Shown here: positions 18,756-28,767 of the stretch, piece by piece
Layout: each line of letters opens with the position of its first letter
How positions within the stretch are numbered: the first letter of the stretch is position 1
Assembly: GCA_018302765.1 (NCBI GenBank)
Contig: JAGVZG010000006.1
Span: 1-63,961 of the forward strand
From: Candidatus Woesearchaeota archaeon
GTDB taxonomy: Archaea > Nanobdellota > Nanobdellia > SCGC-AAA011-G17 > GW2011-AR18
DNA length: 63,961 nt
Direction of reading: 5' to 3'
The notes under the pieces: model-generated
Told to the model about the DNA's origin: nothing
The model's input: the letters and a program-made list of their open reading frames with translations, nothing else
Databases searched by the model: none
Program-made: the position numbers and the translations under genes

Positions 18756-19468
18756 TTCTTAACCTCCAGACTTATTTCTGGTTTGTTATCACCTAGAACA
18801 AAAGCATAGTCAGCAATAGTAATATACTCACTATCATCCACTTCAACAATAACTTTAGGCTTCTGCAAGTCTTTCGCTTTTATTACATCTTTAACTTTAC
18901 CAAATTTGCCAACATGGCTACCACCGCTCAAATAAACTAACGAACCTTTTTTAAGATTTATAATTTTACTAATATTTCCTTTAGTTAAGTCAAATAAAAC
19001 ACTATCACCAACATTACCATCAAATTTATTAACTAAAATATTTCTTCCATCGTGGAAAGTTAACTGTAATTTTCCACTTTTGACTACGGTCTTTCTTATT
19101 ATTCTTAACAATTTTAATTTAATTTCATCTTTTTTTATAGCAACTAAAGAAAACCTACCATTATTATTGTAAACAACCCTGTAATATTCATTCAACTTCG
19201 GAATCTCAAGAACGTCCATCAAACCAACAGGGAATCTGTATTCCTTCCTAACAACTCCATCAACCAAAATCTGCCCTTCATTTAATATTTTTTTGACTTC
19301 TTTAGTAGTTTTAGCATATTCTAATATGTCTCTAAGTAAAAAAGACAATGTTAAACTTAATTTCAGAGGGTGTGGACCTGGAATAGGCCTAGCTATCCAC
19401 TTAGTTGTTTTTCTCTTCAATCCCCATACTCTTGGAGCCGCTAACCTTGATAAATGATTTTGTACCAT
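18752..19468 (-). CDS. rps4e: 30S ribosomal protein S4e
   Basis: HLSRLAAP, PGPH, VDGVVRKEYRFPVGLMDV. Confidence 0.98.
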   Translation of the reverse strand: MVQNHLSRLAAPRVWGLKRKTTKWIARPIPGPHPLKLSLTLSFLLRDILEYAKTTKEVKKILNEGQILVDGVVRKEYRFPVGLMDVLEIPKLNEYYRVVYNNNGRFSLVAIKKDEIKLKLLRIIRKTVVKSGKLQLTFHDGRNILVNKFDGNVGDSVLFDLTKGNISKIINLKKGSLVYLSGGSHVGKFGKVKDVIKAKDLQKPKVIVEVDDSEYITIADYAFVLGDNKPEISLEVKK

Positions 19469-19470
19469 AT

Positions 19471-19848
19471 TTATTTCCTCTCCAGTGCTTTCTTCCTAAA
19501 TTTATCATCCAAATAAAGTTCTAAAATCATAAGATTAGATGGATGAAAAGATATAGGTACTTTATTTCCATCTCTTTTTACAACAAATGTATCTTCAAGA
19601 TGAACAAATTTATTATTTAAATTCACTTTAATCACTTTAGCAATCTTTCCCTTAAGTTGTCCAACCATAACTTTAACCTTGTCTCCTTTTCTAACAGGAA
19701 TATTTCTCTTACCAAACTTAGTCTTCAAATCTTTAGCTAATCTTACGCTCATTAACTTTCTAGCTATATGAAATGGTGCATTAAGCACATATTTCCTCTG
19801 TTTCTTAGGATTTTTACTCCTAACCCAATGTCTGCTCCATTCTTTCAT
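19471..19848 (-). CDS. rpl24: 50S ribosomal protein uL24
   Basis: SKNPKKQRKY, PVRKGDKVKVMVG (KOW), FHPSNL. Confidence 0.97.
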   Translation of the reverse strand: MKEWSRHWVRSKNPKKQRKYVLNAPFHIARKLMSVRLAKDLKTKFGKRNIPVRKGDKVKVMVGQLKGKIAKVIKVNLNNKFVHLEDTFVVKRDGNKVPISFHPSNLMILELYLDDKFRKKALERK

Positions 19849-19852
19849 ATTA

Positions 19853-20254
19853 TCAAACTACAGATTTTGCTATCTTAGCCACTGCAGGCCATCTAGCAAC
19901 AACCTCCCTAGCAATTGGGCCTTTAACTAAAGTACCCTTTGGATTCCCCTTGTCATCTTTTAAAACAACAGCAGCATTATCTTCAAATTTAACTCTTATA
20001 CCATCTGCTCTTCTATACTCTTTTGTCTGTCTGACTATGACTGCATTAACAACTTTTTTTCTCATCTCTGGATTTCCATTTCTAACTGAGGCAGTAATAA
20101 AATCACCAACACCGCCAGAGGGGTTTCTTCCCTTAACACCTTTGCCTCCTCTAAAAGATATAATAAATAATCTTTTGGCTCCTGAATTATCACAAGCTAC
20201 AAGATAGCTTCCTCTTTGCAAGCCTTTGGTAACATTGCCTTTAATTGCTTTCAT
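19853..20254 (-). CDS. rpl14: 50S ribosomal protein uL14
   Basis: CDNSGAK, YRRADGIRVKFEDNAAV. Confidence 0.98.
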   Translation of the reverse strand: MKAIKGNVTKGLQRGSYLVACDNSGAKRLFIISFRGGKGVKGRNPSGGVGDFITASVRNGNPEMRKKVVNAVIVRQTKEYRRADGIRVKFEDNAAVVLKDDKGNPKGTLVKGPIAREVVARWPAVAKIAKSVV

Positions 20255-20586
20255 AATAACCTCTCAACTATAACAAAATTTTTTGTCTTACTTATAGGTC
20301 TAGATTCTACTATCCTTACCTTATCCCCAACTTTAATACCCATACATAAAGTGTTGTGAACCTGCAGCCTACTTCTCCTTTTTTCATATCTCTGATATTT
20401 TGATAAATAAAATAATCTCTCCCACTCAACTACTGCAGTTTTTTGGGCATTGGTTCGGACTACTACTCCTATAAATTCTCTTCCCCTAATCTTAAATCCT
20501 GCATGAAAAACACAGTGCTTATCATTACATTTTTCATCAGGGACTTTTACTCCCAACCCAATATCAATAACTTTATTCATTTTCAA
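20251..20586 (-). CDS. rps17: 30S ribosomal protein uS17
   Basis: CNDKHCVFH, KYQRYEKRRS, RPISKTKNFV. Confidence 0.98.
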   Translation of the reverse strand: MKMNKVIDIGLGVKVPDEKCNDKHCVFHAGFKIRGREFIGVVVRTNAQKTAVVEWERLFYLSKYQRYEKRRSRLQVHNTLCMGIKVGDKVRIVESRPISKTKNFVIVERLL

Positions 20587-20757
20587 TACCTATCCTCAAC
20601 TTATATTTATTAAATAAACTACTATTTAATCCAAAAGTGGCCTTATTCTCGCCTACAAAAATAATAATATTTTCTTTAGTCATTTTACACAAACACAGTC
20701 ATGATTTTTATTTTGCCAAGCAAAACCTTTGCTAACCTTAAATCACAAAAATGATTT

Positions 20758-21087
20758 TTAGCGCACCTGTTTTACAATAATTGAGTTTTCATTAAAACCA
20801 AGTTTTATAAGTTCACTCTTAACTTTTTCAACATGGTTACCTTGCAACTCAATTATGCCGTTCTTTGATGTGCCACCACATGCAAGTTTGGTTTTTAGCT
20901 TCTTAATCAAGTCCTTTAGATCGATTGTCTTCTCATCAAGGCCTTCAACAGTAGTAGCTAACTTACCAAACCTTCTTTTTACTATGCTCACAGTGATTTT
21001 TTGTTCTTCTCTTGCAAGCGTTTGGCAGACACAAAGGTCCTTAGGCAAACTGCATACATTGCATACTTCCATAACTTTACTCGCCAC
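20758..21087 (-). CDS. sui1: Translation initiation factor aIF-1 (SUI1)
   Basis: CxxC-LPKDLCVC, LKTKLACGGT, IELQGNH. Start is GTG at 21087 or ATG at 21072. Confidence 0.95.
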   Translation of the reverse strand: MASKVMEVCNVCSLPKDLCVCQTLAREEQKITVSIVKRRFGKLATTVEGLDEKTIDLKDLIKKLKTKLACGGTSKNGIIELQGNHVEKVKSELIKLGFNENSIIVKQVR

Positions 21088-21289
21088 CTCCTACTTGTTT
21101 TTTCTTACTTAACATAGTTAAAATCTTAGCAACATTTCTCTTTAAAGACCTAATTTTACCTGGATTCTCTGGTGGAGTTCCTCTAGCAACTTGAGATTTT
21201 AATTTCATTAGTTCTTTCTTTAGCTCAACAATTTTAATTTTCATATTTTCTCTGCTCATATTTTTTAATTCATTCTTTCTTATCGCCAT
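21077..21289 (-). CDS. rpl29: 50S ribosomal protein uL29
   Basis: ELKKELMKLK...NPGKIRSLKRNVAKILT. Confidence 0.96.
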   Translation of the reverse strand: MAIRKNELKNMSRENMKIKIVELKKELMKLKSQVARGTPPENPGKIRSLKRNVAKILTMLSKKKQVGGGE

Positions 21290-21932
21290 TGTTCTCTTCT
21301 TCCTTCTTAACTTCCAATTTTACCTCAACTTTTTCCTCTTTAATTTTAACATCATCAGGCAAGACAACCTCAGGATGCAAAATACTTACTTTAATTCCAA
21401 TAGTTCCACTTCTCAAATTACAATACTCATAAGACCTGTCAACATAATTTGCAGATATGTCTCCTGACTTTTTCAAATAGCCTGCAGAAAATCTCCAACT
21501 TTTCGCTCTCTCGCTAGGAACGCCTCTGCCAGATATAACTATTTCTATTCCGCGCGCGCCAGCTTTCAAAGCGTCATCTAATGCCTTATAAGCCATAGCT
21601 TTAAACCTCTTAGGGCCAAACCTTTCAAAACCACTTATCAAAGATCTTGCAACAGAAGCCGCATCAATAAAAGGATTTGTAATCTCAACAACTTCAAGCT
21701 GTGGATTTTCCATATTAAATTTAGCCTTTAATAATTCTGTAAGTTTTTTTATATTTGAACCTTTTTTACCAACAATCAAACCAGGCCTTGAAGTATAAAC
21801 ACTGATTTTTTCTCCTAAAGGAGTTCTCTGCATCATTATATGACTACAGCTAACTCTTCCTAAATAAGAAAATACAAATTCCTCTATTGCTCTCTCTTTA
21901 GATTTCTGTGCAACTATTTGTCTCTCAATCAT
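21270..21932 (-). CDS. rps3: 30S ribosomal protein uS3
   Basis: RTPLG, RPGLIVGKKG KH domain, GARGIEIVISG. Confidence 0.98.
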   Translation of the reverse strand: MIERQIVAQKSKERAIEEFVFSYLGRVSCSHIMMQRTPLGEKISVYTSRPGLIVGKKGSNIKKLTELLKAKFNMENPQLEVVEITNPFIDAASVARSLISGFERFGPKRFKAMAYKALDDALKAGARGIEIVISGRGVPSERAKSWRFSAGYLKKSGDISANYVDRSYEYCNLRSGTIGIKVSILHPEVVLPDDVKIKEEKVEVKLEVKKEEENNGDKKE

Positions 21933-22362
21933 TTTTTAATTCCTTAGTATCTGTTTTTTCCTCAACAACTAAGCTGACATGGGTATTTTTCATTTTTACT
22001 CCACCCTTTCTACCATAACGTCGCCTCGCATCGCCTTTATCAGCTTTTGCAAAAACTACAAGCAAATTATTAACGTTTAATCCTTTATTCTCAGCATTGG
22101 CCTCAACTGAATCCAGTAGTCCCAAAAAAACTTTGCTTGCACTAATAGGGTATCTGCCTGCAGCCATTCCTGGTTTGTGCGCCAAATCTGCATTAAATCT
22201 TCTAATAGGAATCGGCCTTTTCATGGTGACAACGTCTTGCAAAATTCTCCTAGCGCTCAATAAAGACTTATTCCTAATCAAATTACAAATCTCAACAGAC
22301 ATCTTTGTAGATATAGGTAAACCCTTAACATTCAAAGATGCAGTATTAATTGTATTAGCCAT
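21925..22362 (-). CDS. rpl22: 50S ribosomal protein uL22
   Basis: ISTKMSVEICNLIR, GRYP, NAENKGL. Confidence 0.97.
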   Translation of the reverse strand: MANTINTASLNVKGLPISTKMSVEICNLIRNKSLLSARRILQDVVTMKRPIPIRRFNADLAHKPGMAAGRYPISASKVFLGLLDSVEANAENKGLNVNNLLVVFAKADKGDARRRYGRKGGVKMKNTHVSLVVEEKTDTKELKND

Positions 22363-22363
22363 T

Positions 22364-22762
22364 TTACTTCACACTCATAGCAGCGCTTGACTTTGTAGCA
22401 CCTATACCAGGAGCACTATGTTCAACTTTCTTTCTTGTCATTGCAAATTCTCCTAAATATTTTCCAAGCATTTCATAAGTTATCTCAACTGGAATAAATT
22501 CTTTGCCATTATATATATGCAAAGTCGCGCCCAGAAGTTCTGGAATGACAATCATATTCCTGCAATGCGTCTTAATAGGTTTCTTTAATTTTCCATCTCT
22601 AAACATTTTTACTTTCAATAATAATTTTTTCTGCTGTTCATTTAGTCCTCTTTTCAAAGTTCTCCTGGCTCTAGAAGGAACTAATTTAATAAAATCATTT
22701 AAATTCATATTTTTTAACTCGTCTGCTAATTTTCCCCTATAAGTAAGTTCCTTCTTTGCCAT
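22364..22762 (-). CDS. rps19: 30S ribosomal protein uS19
   Basis: [30 protein letters not shown]. Confidence 0.98.
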   Translation of the reverse strand: MAKKELTYRGKLADELKNMNLNDFIKLVPSRARRTLKRGLNEQQKKLLLKVKMFRDGKLKKPIKTHCRNMIVIPELLGATLHIYNGKEFIPVEITYEMLGKYLGEFAMTRKKVEHSAPGIGATKSSAAMSVK

Positions 22763-22763
22763 T

Positions 22764-23480
22764 TTATCTTATTCTTCCAGTCCTCCTAGCTCTAACTTGG
22801 CCTACTTTTCTTCCAGGGGGTGCATGCCTAGGAGCGACACTGGGTTTACCCATATGCCTTCCTCTACCAGACCCAAATGGGTGCTCAACAGCATTCATTG
22901 CAACAGCTGATGTTATAGGATATAATCTTCCTCTTGCTCTCATCGCATGCCACCTATTGCCTGCTTTAATAAATGGTTTCTCAAGCCTTCCGCCTCCAGA
23001 AACAATACCAACAGTTGCCCTGCAAGAAGAATTGAAATCAACTTCTTTCCTGCTCGGCATTAAGATTTTAACTTTATTCCCTGTCTTGGAAAGTACTTTA
23101 GCAAAAGTGCCTGAAGCTCTGACAAATTTTCCGCCATCGCCAGCTTTGCTCTCTATGTTGTAAATTAAAGTACCGTCTGGAATTTCAGAAAGTTGTAAAG
23201 TATTACCTGTTTTTATTTCATTAGTTTTTCCGCTATAAATTATATCCCCAACACCAATACCTTCTGGAGCAATAATATGTCCAATTTCTCCATCATCGTA
23301 TTTAATAATTGCTATAGGTGAACTATGGCTAACACTATGTGCAATTTCTACGACCTTACCAAAATAATTCCTGTCTTTATCTAAAGATTTATGTTTTGCC
23401 TTTGCAAAAAACCTATGACTAGGTGCAATATACCTTCTTGTTCCTCTTCCACGTTTTTGACTTGTAATTCTTTTTCCCAT
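22764..23480 (-). CDS. rpl2: 50S ribosomal protein uL2
   Basis: [28 protein letters not shown]. Confidence 0.99.
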   Translation of the reverse strand: MGKRITSQKRGRGTRRYIAPSHRFFAKAKHKSLDKDRNYFGKVVEIAHSVSHSSPIAIIKYDDGEIGHIIAPEGIGVGDIIYSGKTNEIKTGNTLQLSEIPDGTLIYNIESKAGDGGKFVRASGTFAKVLSKTGNKVKILMPSRKEVDFNSSCRATVGIVSGGGRLEKPFIKAGNRWHAMRARGRLYPITSAVAMNAVEHPFGSGRGRHMGKPSVAPRHAPPGRKVGQVRARRTGRIR

Positions 23481-23833
23481 TATTTACTACCCTTATCTTC
23501 CCATAATTCTACTTCTTCCAAAATTTTTCTTCCTACGTTGTATTCCTCTAAATGAACTGAAGGTCCAACAGGAGAATAATTTTCATGAAAACTATTAGGA
23601 AGAAGACCTAAATTAGTATCAAATTGTAAATACTGCGTACTGCAAAAAATCCTGTCTAACAATCCTTCATTTCCCTGTCTTATAAATTGATTTTTTTCAC
23701 CGCCTCTTAGATAAATATACCATCCAGATAAACCTCTACTTGTAGAAGTAATTTTTACTAGTTCTGTCCTATCTCCTTCAAGCTCCAAGAATCTTCTTTC
23801 ACTTCCACAAATTACTAGTTTATAATTTATCAT
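23480..23833 (-). CDS. Hypothetical protein inserted between rpl23 and rpl2
   Basis: 117-aa ORF starting 2 nt after the rpl23 stop, with its stop overlapping the rpl2 start; no recognisable family. Confidence 0.65.
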   Translation of the reverse strand: MINYKLVICGSERRFLELEGDRTELVKITSTSRGLSGWYIYLRGGEKNQFIRQGNEGLLDRIFCSTQYLQFDTNLGLLPNSFHENYSPVGPSVHLEEYNVGRKILEEVELWEDKGSK

Positions 23834-23835
23834 TT

Positions 23836-24096
23836 TTACATCAGTCCCAATTTCGTCATTATATCTATAGCAGGAAAAGCGCTAGTTAATTTAACATAAG
23901 CTCTTTTCTCTCCTTTATTTGTAACAAAAGTGTTAACTTCATCAACTTTAACTTCAAAAGACTTTTCAACAGCCTTTTTTATATCTTCCTTTTTAGATTT
24001 TAAATCTACTACAAATAAAAGTTTATTCTCTTTTTCCATAATCCTTACAGCCTTTTCTGTGGCCAATGGGTACATAATAACTTGATCAATTCTCAT
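23836..24096 (-). CDS. rpl23: 50S ribosomal protein uL23
   Basis: PLATEKA, FEVKVDEVNT, KRAYVKL. Confidence 0.97.
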   Translation of the reverse strand: MRIDQVIMYPLATEKAVRIMEKENKLLFVVDLKSKKEDIKKAVEKSFEVKVDEVNTFVTNKGEKRAYVKLTSAFPAIDIMTKLGLM

Positions 24097-24863
24097 TTTT
24101 TATCACCTAAAAATAATTTGTCTTTAGCTAACAAACTTAATGCTCCTTCTGTAAATACACACTGCCTCGGTATACCATAACCTAAAGACAATAAATTAGC
24201 ATTAACACTTTTAACATCTGTACTGTCAAATCCTGCAACATTAGAAATAGCCTTAACAGTTGAACAATTCTTAGAAAAAACAATCAAAGCATTTTTCTTA
24301 AATCTGATTGCTCTTCCTCTAGACTTAGCTCTGCCAGGCTTCTTTCTTTTTATTGTTTCAATATTAAATCCTAAAGCACTTAAAACTTTTTTGACGTCTT
24401 TAGTCTTTTTCAAATTTTCAAATTTATCTTCAACAACAACTAAATTATTTGTTTGAACAACTCCTGACAAGGCGCTTCTTATAGCCTTCCTTTTTTCCTT
24501 GGTATTTATTTTCAAACCCCAAATCTTGGTTGCTTTAGGAGGATGTGCTCTTCTTCCACCAACAGTTCCGGGTGAAATAGCTCCAACCCAACCAAATTGC
24601 ATACCTCGTCTCCACATTGTTTTTCTTGAAGCTCTTGAAATTCCTTTGCCGTAAGCACCTTTGTAGTCTCTCCTTCTCCTTGATAACTTAGCTGAGTAAC
24701 CTTGACCAGCTAAAGGCATTGTTCCATAAGGCTGTCTACGATGACTAAATATTGCCAAAATAGCTCTGTTAATTAAATCAGGTTCATAATTCTCATAAAA
24801 CTGTTCTGGTAACTCTATAGTTTTTATTTTCTTACCATCCAAATCAAAGACTTCTGCTTTCAT
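24093..24863 (-). CDS. rpl4: 50S ribosomal protein uL4
   Basis: PGTVGGRRAHPPK, KINTKEKRKAIRSAL. Confidence 0.97.
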   Translation of the reverse strand: MKAEVFDLDGKKIKTIELPEQFYENYEPDLINRAILAIFSHRRQPYGTMPLAGQGYSAKLSRRRRDYKGAYGKGISRASRKTMWRRGMQFGWVGAISPGTVGGRRAHPPKATKIWGLKINTKEKRKAIRSALSGVVQTNNLVVVEDKFENLKKTKDVKKVLSALGFNIETIKRKKPGRAKSRGRAIRFKKNALIVFSKNCSTVKAISNVAGFDSTDVKSVNANLLSLGYGIPRQCVFTEGALSLLAKDKLFLGDKK

Positions 24864-25849
24864 TGCTTGCTCTCCTGGCTAACATACTGCAACTCCATGC
24901 CTTGTCCAATTCCTTTGGAGTTTCTAATTGATTCAGTAAAAGTAACAAGCCTTCTGACATGGCCTGCAACGCTTCCCTTAATTAACAAATAATCATTTCT
25001 AACCATACCATAATGCAGGAACCCTCCCTTTGGATTGACATTTTCAGGCTTGTCTCCTAAAAGTAAAATATCTTTATTGTAATCTGTTCTTAAGTTAAAA
25101 CCCATTCTACCAGGCATAATCATTCCCCAAAGAATTTTACTAGGATTTGTTGGTCCATAAATATTTGTTCTTCTTTTCTTCTCTGTTTTATGACTCATCA
25201 AATGAACCCCAAATCTCTTCACAACACCTTGAAAGCCCTTACCTCTAGTAACAGCATGAACATCAACTTTAGAACCTTGTTTTATTACGTCTGATACTTT
25301 AATTTCTTTTGTTAGCAAACTAATAGCGTAATCAAATTTGCCCTTAATTGTACTGCCACCTATGCCTAATTCAAAAAGTTCAGGTTTTTTCTTTCCAATT
25401 CCTGTTTTTTGTGGCTGGGTGTAAACATTAACTCTTAAATCATCAAATTGGTCTAATTTAGAAGAAACTTCCTTAATCTTATTGTCGAAGTCTTGTTTTT
25501 TCGCTAATTTAACCTTTCTAGTTAGTTCCTTATCAAGTTTTGAATTTAGAATTTCAGAAACAATTTTTAAACCGTATGGTGTTTTTTTATAAAATCTTAA
25601 AGAAAAAACTTTAATTGAAGGGCATTCAATAACTGTCGTAGGCCAAACAACAACTTCTCCTTTGGTAGGAGAATTTGGCCTGTTGTCCTTGAAAGCAACA
25701 TGTGTCATGCCTGCCTTATATCCAGCAAAGCCCAACAAATTAACAGTTTTAGATTTTGCCCATGACTTTACTTTCGCATAAGGCCTTTTAGCTCTCTTTC
25801 TAGGCCAAAACTGCAAACTTCCATGTCTAGGTCTTCTTATTTTTGCCAT
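24860..25849 (-). CDS. rpl3: 50S ribosomal protein uL3
   Basis: PRHGSLQFWPRKRA, GYKAGMTH, VTRGKGFQG. Confidence 0.99.
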   Translation of the reverse strand: MAKIRRPRHGSLQFWPRKRAKRPYAKVKSWAKSKTVNLLGFAGYKAGMTHVAFKDNRPNSPTKGEVVVWPTTVIECPSIKVFSLRFYKKTPYGLKIVSEILNSKLDKELTRKVKLAKKQDFDNKIKEVSSKLDQFDDLRVNVYTQPQKTGIGKKKPELFELGIGGSTIKGKFDYAISLLTKEIKVSDVIKQGSKVDVHAVTRGKGFQGVVKRFGVHLMSHKTEKKRRTNIYGPTNPSKILWGMIMPGRMGFNLRTDYNKDILLLGDKPENVNPKGGFLHYGMVRNDYLLIKGSVAGHVRRLVTFTESIRNSKGIGQGMELQYVSQESKQ

Positions 25850-25874
25850 TGGTTATCTTGCAACCTTTGATGCT

Positions 25875-25882
25875 TTTATAAA
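25875..25882 (-). promoter_or_regulatory. Candidate TATA box for the rpl3 operon
   Basis: TTTATAAA about 26 nt upstream of the rpl3 ATG; a second TTTATAAA lies at 25968-25975. Confidence 0.4.
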
Positions 25883-25887
25883 GCTTC

Positions 25888-25945
25888 TGTCCTAACACTT
25901 CAAAACACCTAGAATCAGCGGCCTTCTAACAAGTGACCAGTAGGG
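25888..25945 (-). ncRNA. Candidate structured RNA (H/ACA-like hairpin or rpl3 leader)
   Basis: Nested pairings CCTA/TAGG, CACTT/AAGTG and TTAGAA/TTCTAG, a loop containing CTGA, then ACA. Lies about 25 nt downstream of a TATA-like box. Confidence 0.35.
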
Positions 25946-26145
25946 TAAAACTGTAATTACAAACTTATTTATAAAGTTAATTATTTGTCAGTAGTTGTAT
26001 ATGTTATTGGAATCTATGTACCAGTTAAGATTTTTATTTTGTTAATAGTGCAGTACAACTTTCTCAAACCAGTCGCATCTGCATAAAAATTAAACAACAA
26101 GAAAAACAGTAAATTTTATAAATTAACTACTATACAATAATTACA

Positions 26146-26712
26146 ATGTCTATAAAAAATAAGATTTATCATTGTTTAGAAGCCGTAATGTTTAGTCTAA
26201 GCTTAGCTTCTGCTAGTTTGTCGTTGTATGATTTAAAACTTGCAGCAGAAAAAGCACAAGAAGTTTATTTGAAAAGCAAAGGAACAATTACTAAAGAAAA
26301 CAAAAATAAATTTAAGGGATTAAATCAGGCTAAAAGATTTAGTGCTTATGAAGGCCTTACGGCACTTGGATTTTTAGGTATTGGTTCTATCGCAAGATCT
26401 AGAAGAAAAGGTAAATCTTCTTTTGGAATTCTAGAAGCGTCATGTTTAACAGGAGCACTAAGTATATCATATTTTTTGGTCGCAACCCCACCGTACATAG
26501 GAGACAGAACCCCTGACCAAATAAGAAAAAACCTCGTAAATGTTAGAAATGGTCTTGTAATAAAAGGCGTAATACCCAGGCAGTCAGGCGTAACATACAC
26601 GCTAGAAGATAAACAAAATGCAAATGAAACCCTAAAAATAAAATCACCCTACATTGCATTAGAATTATTAGCTATGTCTGCACTCATGTATGGAACAACA
26701 AGAAAAAAATAA
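26146..26712 (+). CDS. Hypothetical membrane protein
   Basis: 188-aa ORF with several hydrophobic segments. Confidence 0.6.
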   Translation: MSIKNKIYHCLEAVMFSLSLASASLSLYDLKLAAEKAQEVYLKSKGTITKENKNKFKGLNQAKRFSAYEGLTALGFLGIGSIARSRRKGKSSFGILEASCLTGALSISYFLVATPPYIGDRTPDQIRKNLVNVRNGLVIKGVIPRQSGVTYTLEDKQNANETLKIKSPYIALELLAMSALMYGTTRKK

Positions 26713-26714
26713 AA

Positions 26715-27419
26715 TTAAGCCTCAAAACTAATTTCCTTTACAAAGTTTTTTCCATCAACTTCAACCTTTCTAACCAGCTTTCCTTTTCTTCTGGCATAAA
26801 TCCTCGCTTTCTCAAAGTCATTCTGGTACTCCTTAGGAACAACTAATTCACTTATAATAAAATCATGAACTACTTTAAATTTTTTAAATTCCTCTTTGAT
26901 ATCAAAAGCAAATTCTTTTTTAAATTCTAAGTCTTTAGTAACAAAAACACAATGGTCTGCTTTAACATCATTTCCATCACCTTTTCCAGGCTTTGCAGAT
27001 TTCGGAGACTTAACTTTAGCCTTTAAACTTCCGTACTCAGTTGAAAAGCTCAAACAAAATACTGCATCTGAAAAAGAATTCATAACTTTAATTAAATCAC
27101 CCTTAGCAATATTTGTACCAACTTCAAAAGTTTTCACACCTGCAAATTGCTTTATATTTGCTATATCAAAACCCAAACCTTGTCTTATATCTTTTGTAGT
27201 TATTATTCCCCCACTGACATAAACTTTATCTTTAATTGTACCAGCTAAAAACCTAACAAATTCATTAGTAAATTCAAAACTGGTTTTTATCTTTAATTCC
27301 TTGCCAACATTCATCTCAATCACTGCCCTGTTTTGAAATTCTCCTTTACTAAATCTTTTAAACTGTCTATGTACCTCGTCATCAATATTTCCATCAAAAA
27401 TTTTTTTTATAAAATTCAT
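26715..27419 (-). CDS. Conserved hypothetical protein
   Basis: Long ORF; start moved to MNFIKKIFDG. Confidence 0.7.
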   Translation of the reverse strand: MNFIKKIFDGNIDDEVHRQFKRFSKGEFQNRAVIEMNVGKELKIKTSFEFTNEFVRFLAGTIKDKVYVSGGIITTKDIRQGLGFDIANIKQFAGVKTFEVGTNIAKGDLIKVMNSFSDAVFCLSFSTEYGSLKAKVKSPKSAKPGKGDGNDVKADHCVFVTKDLEFKKEFAFDIKEEFKKFKVVHDFIISELVVPKEYQNDFEKARIYARRKGKLVRKVEVDGKNFVKEISFEA

Positions 27420-27552
27420 CTGTACAACATCTCCTTCTGCTTTTTTTCTCCTACCAATACCCAATAAACTACAAAGGCAAAAGTCAAGAAAACTAAAAAA
27501 ACCAACCATGAATTCATATAAAATACATTAAACAACTATATTAAAAATTTTT

Positions 27553-27960
27553 CTAATCAGACCAAACCAAAATAAACATAAGTATTGTAGATAAAGGCAA
27601 GAGATTTGTGATAAAGGCAAATTGTGGAAGTATCCAGAAACCAACCAAAGCTTCAGCTGCGGCTAAAATAGCCAATAATTTTGATAAATGATGTCCTCTC
27701 TTAGCAAATACCCAAAACAATACAAAAGCGCCAAGTGCAGCCACGATATCCAAATAAGGCTTATCATAAGCTAACAAATCTATAGCGTCAAGTATGACTG
27801 CAAAAGGTATTTTCCACATATCTACGGCTATATCCAAAAAGTGCTTAATAGAAAATAAAACAACTAATAACAACAAAACACCAAATATAACCCAGCCAAG
27901 CTTAACAGGTTCACTGACAGCCTGAACTAGAAAACCAGTCACCTCTTCAAACCCAACCAT
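27553..27960 (-). CDS. Hypothetical membrane protein
   Basis: Three to four TM segments. Confidence 0.65.
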   Translation of the reverse strand: MVGFEEVTGFLVQAVSEPVKLGWVIFGVLLLLVVLFSIKHFLDIAVDMWKIPFAVILDAIDLLAYDKPYLDIVAALGAFVLFWVFAKRGHHLSKLLAILAAAEALVGFWILPQFAFITNLLPLSTILMFILVWSD

Positions 27961-28085
27961 GTATTTTTAGATTTATTTTATATTAAATACTTTTCTAATT
28001 TATAAAAATTAATAAGAATATAAAACAACTATATTTTTTATATAATTACCTATTTTATAACTAATTTTCACAATGAATTTAATAT

Positions 28086-28751
28086 TCATGGAGCACCTAG
28101 CGCTACCTTTAACCTTTTATTAGGTGCACAGCATAAAACACCAGTATTCCACATGGAATATTTATAATCTCCGCCATTACTATTCATACATTTTCCCATA
28201 TCCTGCTGCGGTGTTACGTCAACAAAAACAGCCACTTCATTTGGACTATCTGGATTCTTTTGATAAAAAGTTTTTTTGTATTCTACAAAAGAAAAATCCC
28301 TACAAGTTCTATCATTACTCTTATAACGAGTAGTTTCCTGTGATAACAAATAAGCAACTGAAATATAATTTCCAGTCAAACCAGAATAAGAATTACATAC
28401 GTCTTTAGTTGATACTATCTTGTTTGCAAAGCGGAAGTTGACTGCTGGTGATTGAAGACCGTTAAAACCATATTCTCCAACAAAAACACACATAGGAATA
28501 ATATCCTGTGTCGCATTTTGCATAGATCCATTAAGTTCAGGCCTGTCATAGATTAACTTTGTAGGCTCAGGACTTCTATACTTAAAAAAATCAAGTACTG
28601 CATTGCCATTAACAACATTGCCACTATAAAATCCAGCAGTGAATATAAGAAAAGAAACTATAAAACCTGCAACAATACCAATCCACCAGTCTTTTTGCAT
28701 ATAATTTAAATAAATAACCTTATTTAAATAAATATCGAAACCACCTGTCAA
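28086..28751 (-). CDS. Hypothetical membrane-anchored Cys-containing protein
   Basis: N-terminal TM segment and several cysteines in the exported part. Confidence 0.6.
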   Translation of the reverse strand: MTGGFDIYLNKVIYLNYMQKDWWIGIVAGFIVSFLIFTAGFYSGNVVNGNAVLDFFKYRSPEPTKLIYDRPELNGSMQNATQDIIPMCVFVGEYGFNGLQSPAVNFRFANKIVSTKDVCNSYSGLTGNYISVAYLLSQETTRYKSNDRTCRDFSFVEYKKTFYQKNPDSPNEVAVFVDVTPQQDMGKCMNSNGGDYKYSMWNTGVLCCAPNKRLKVALGAP

Positions 28752-28767
28752 AAGTAATTAATAAAAA

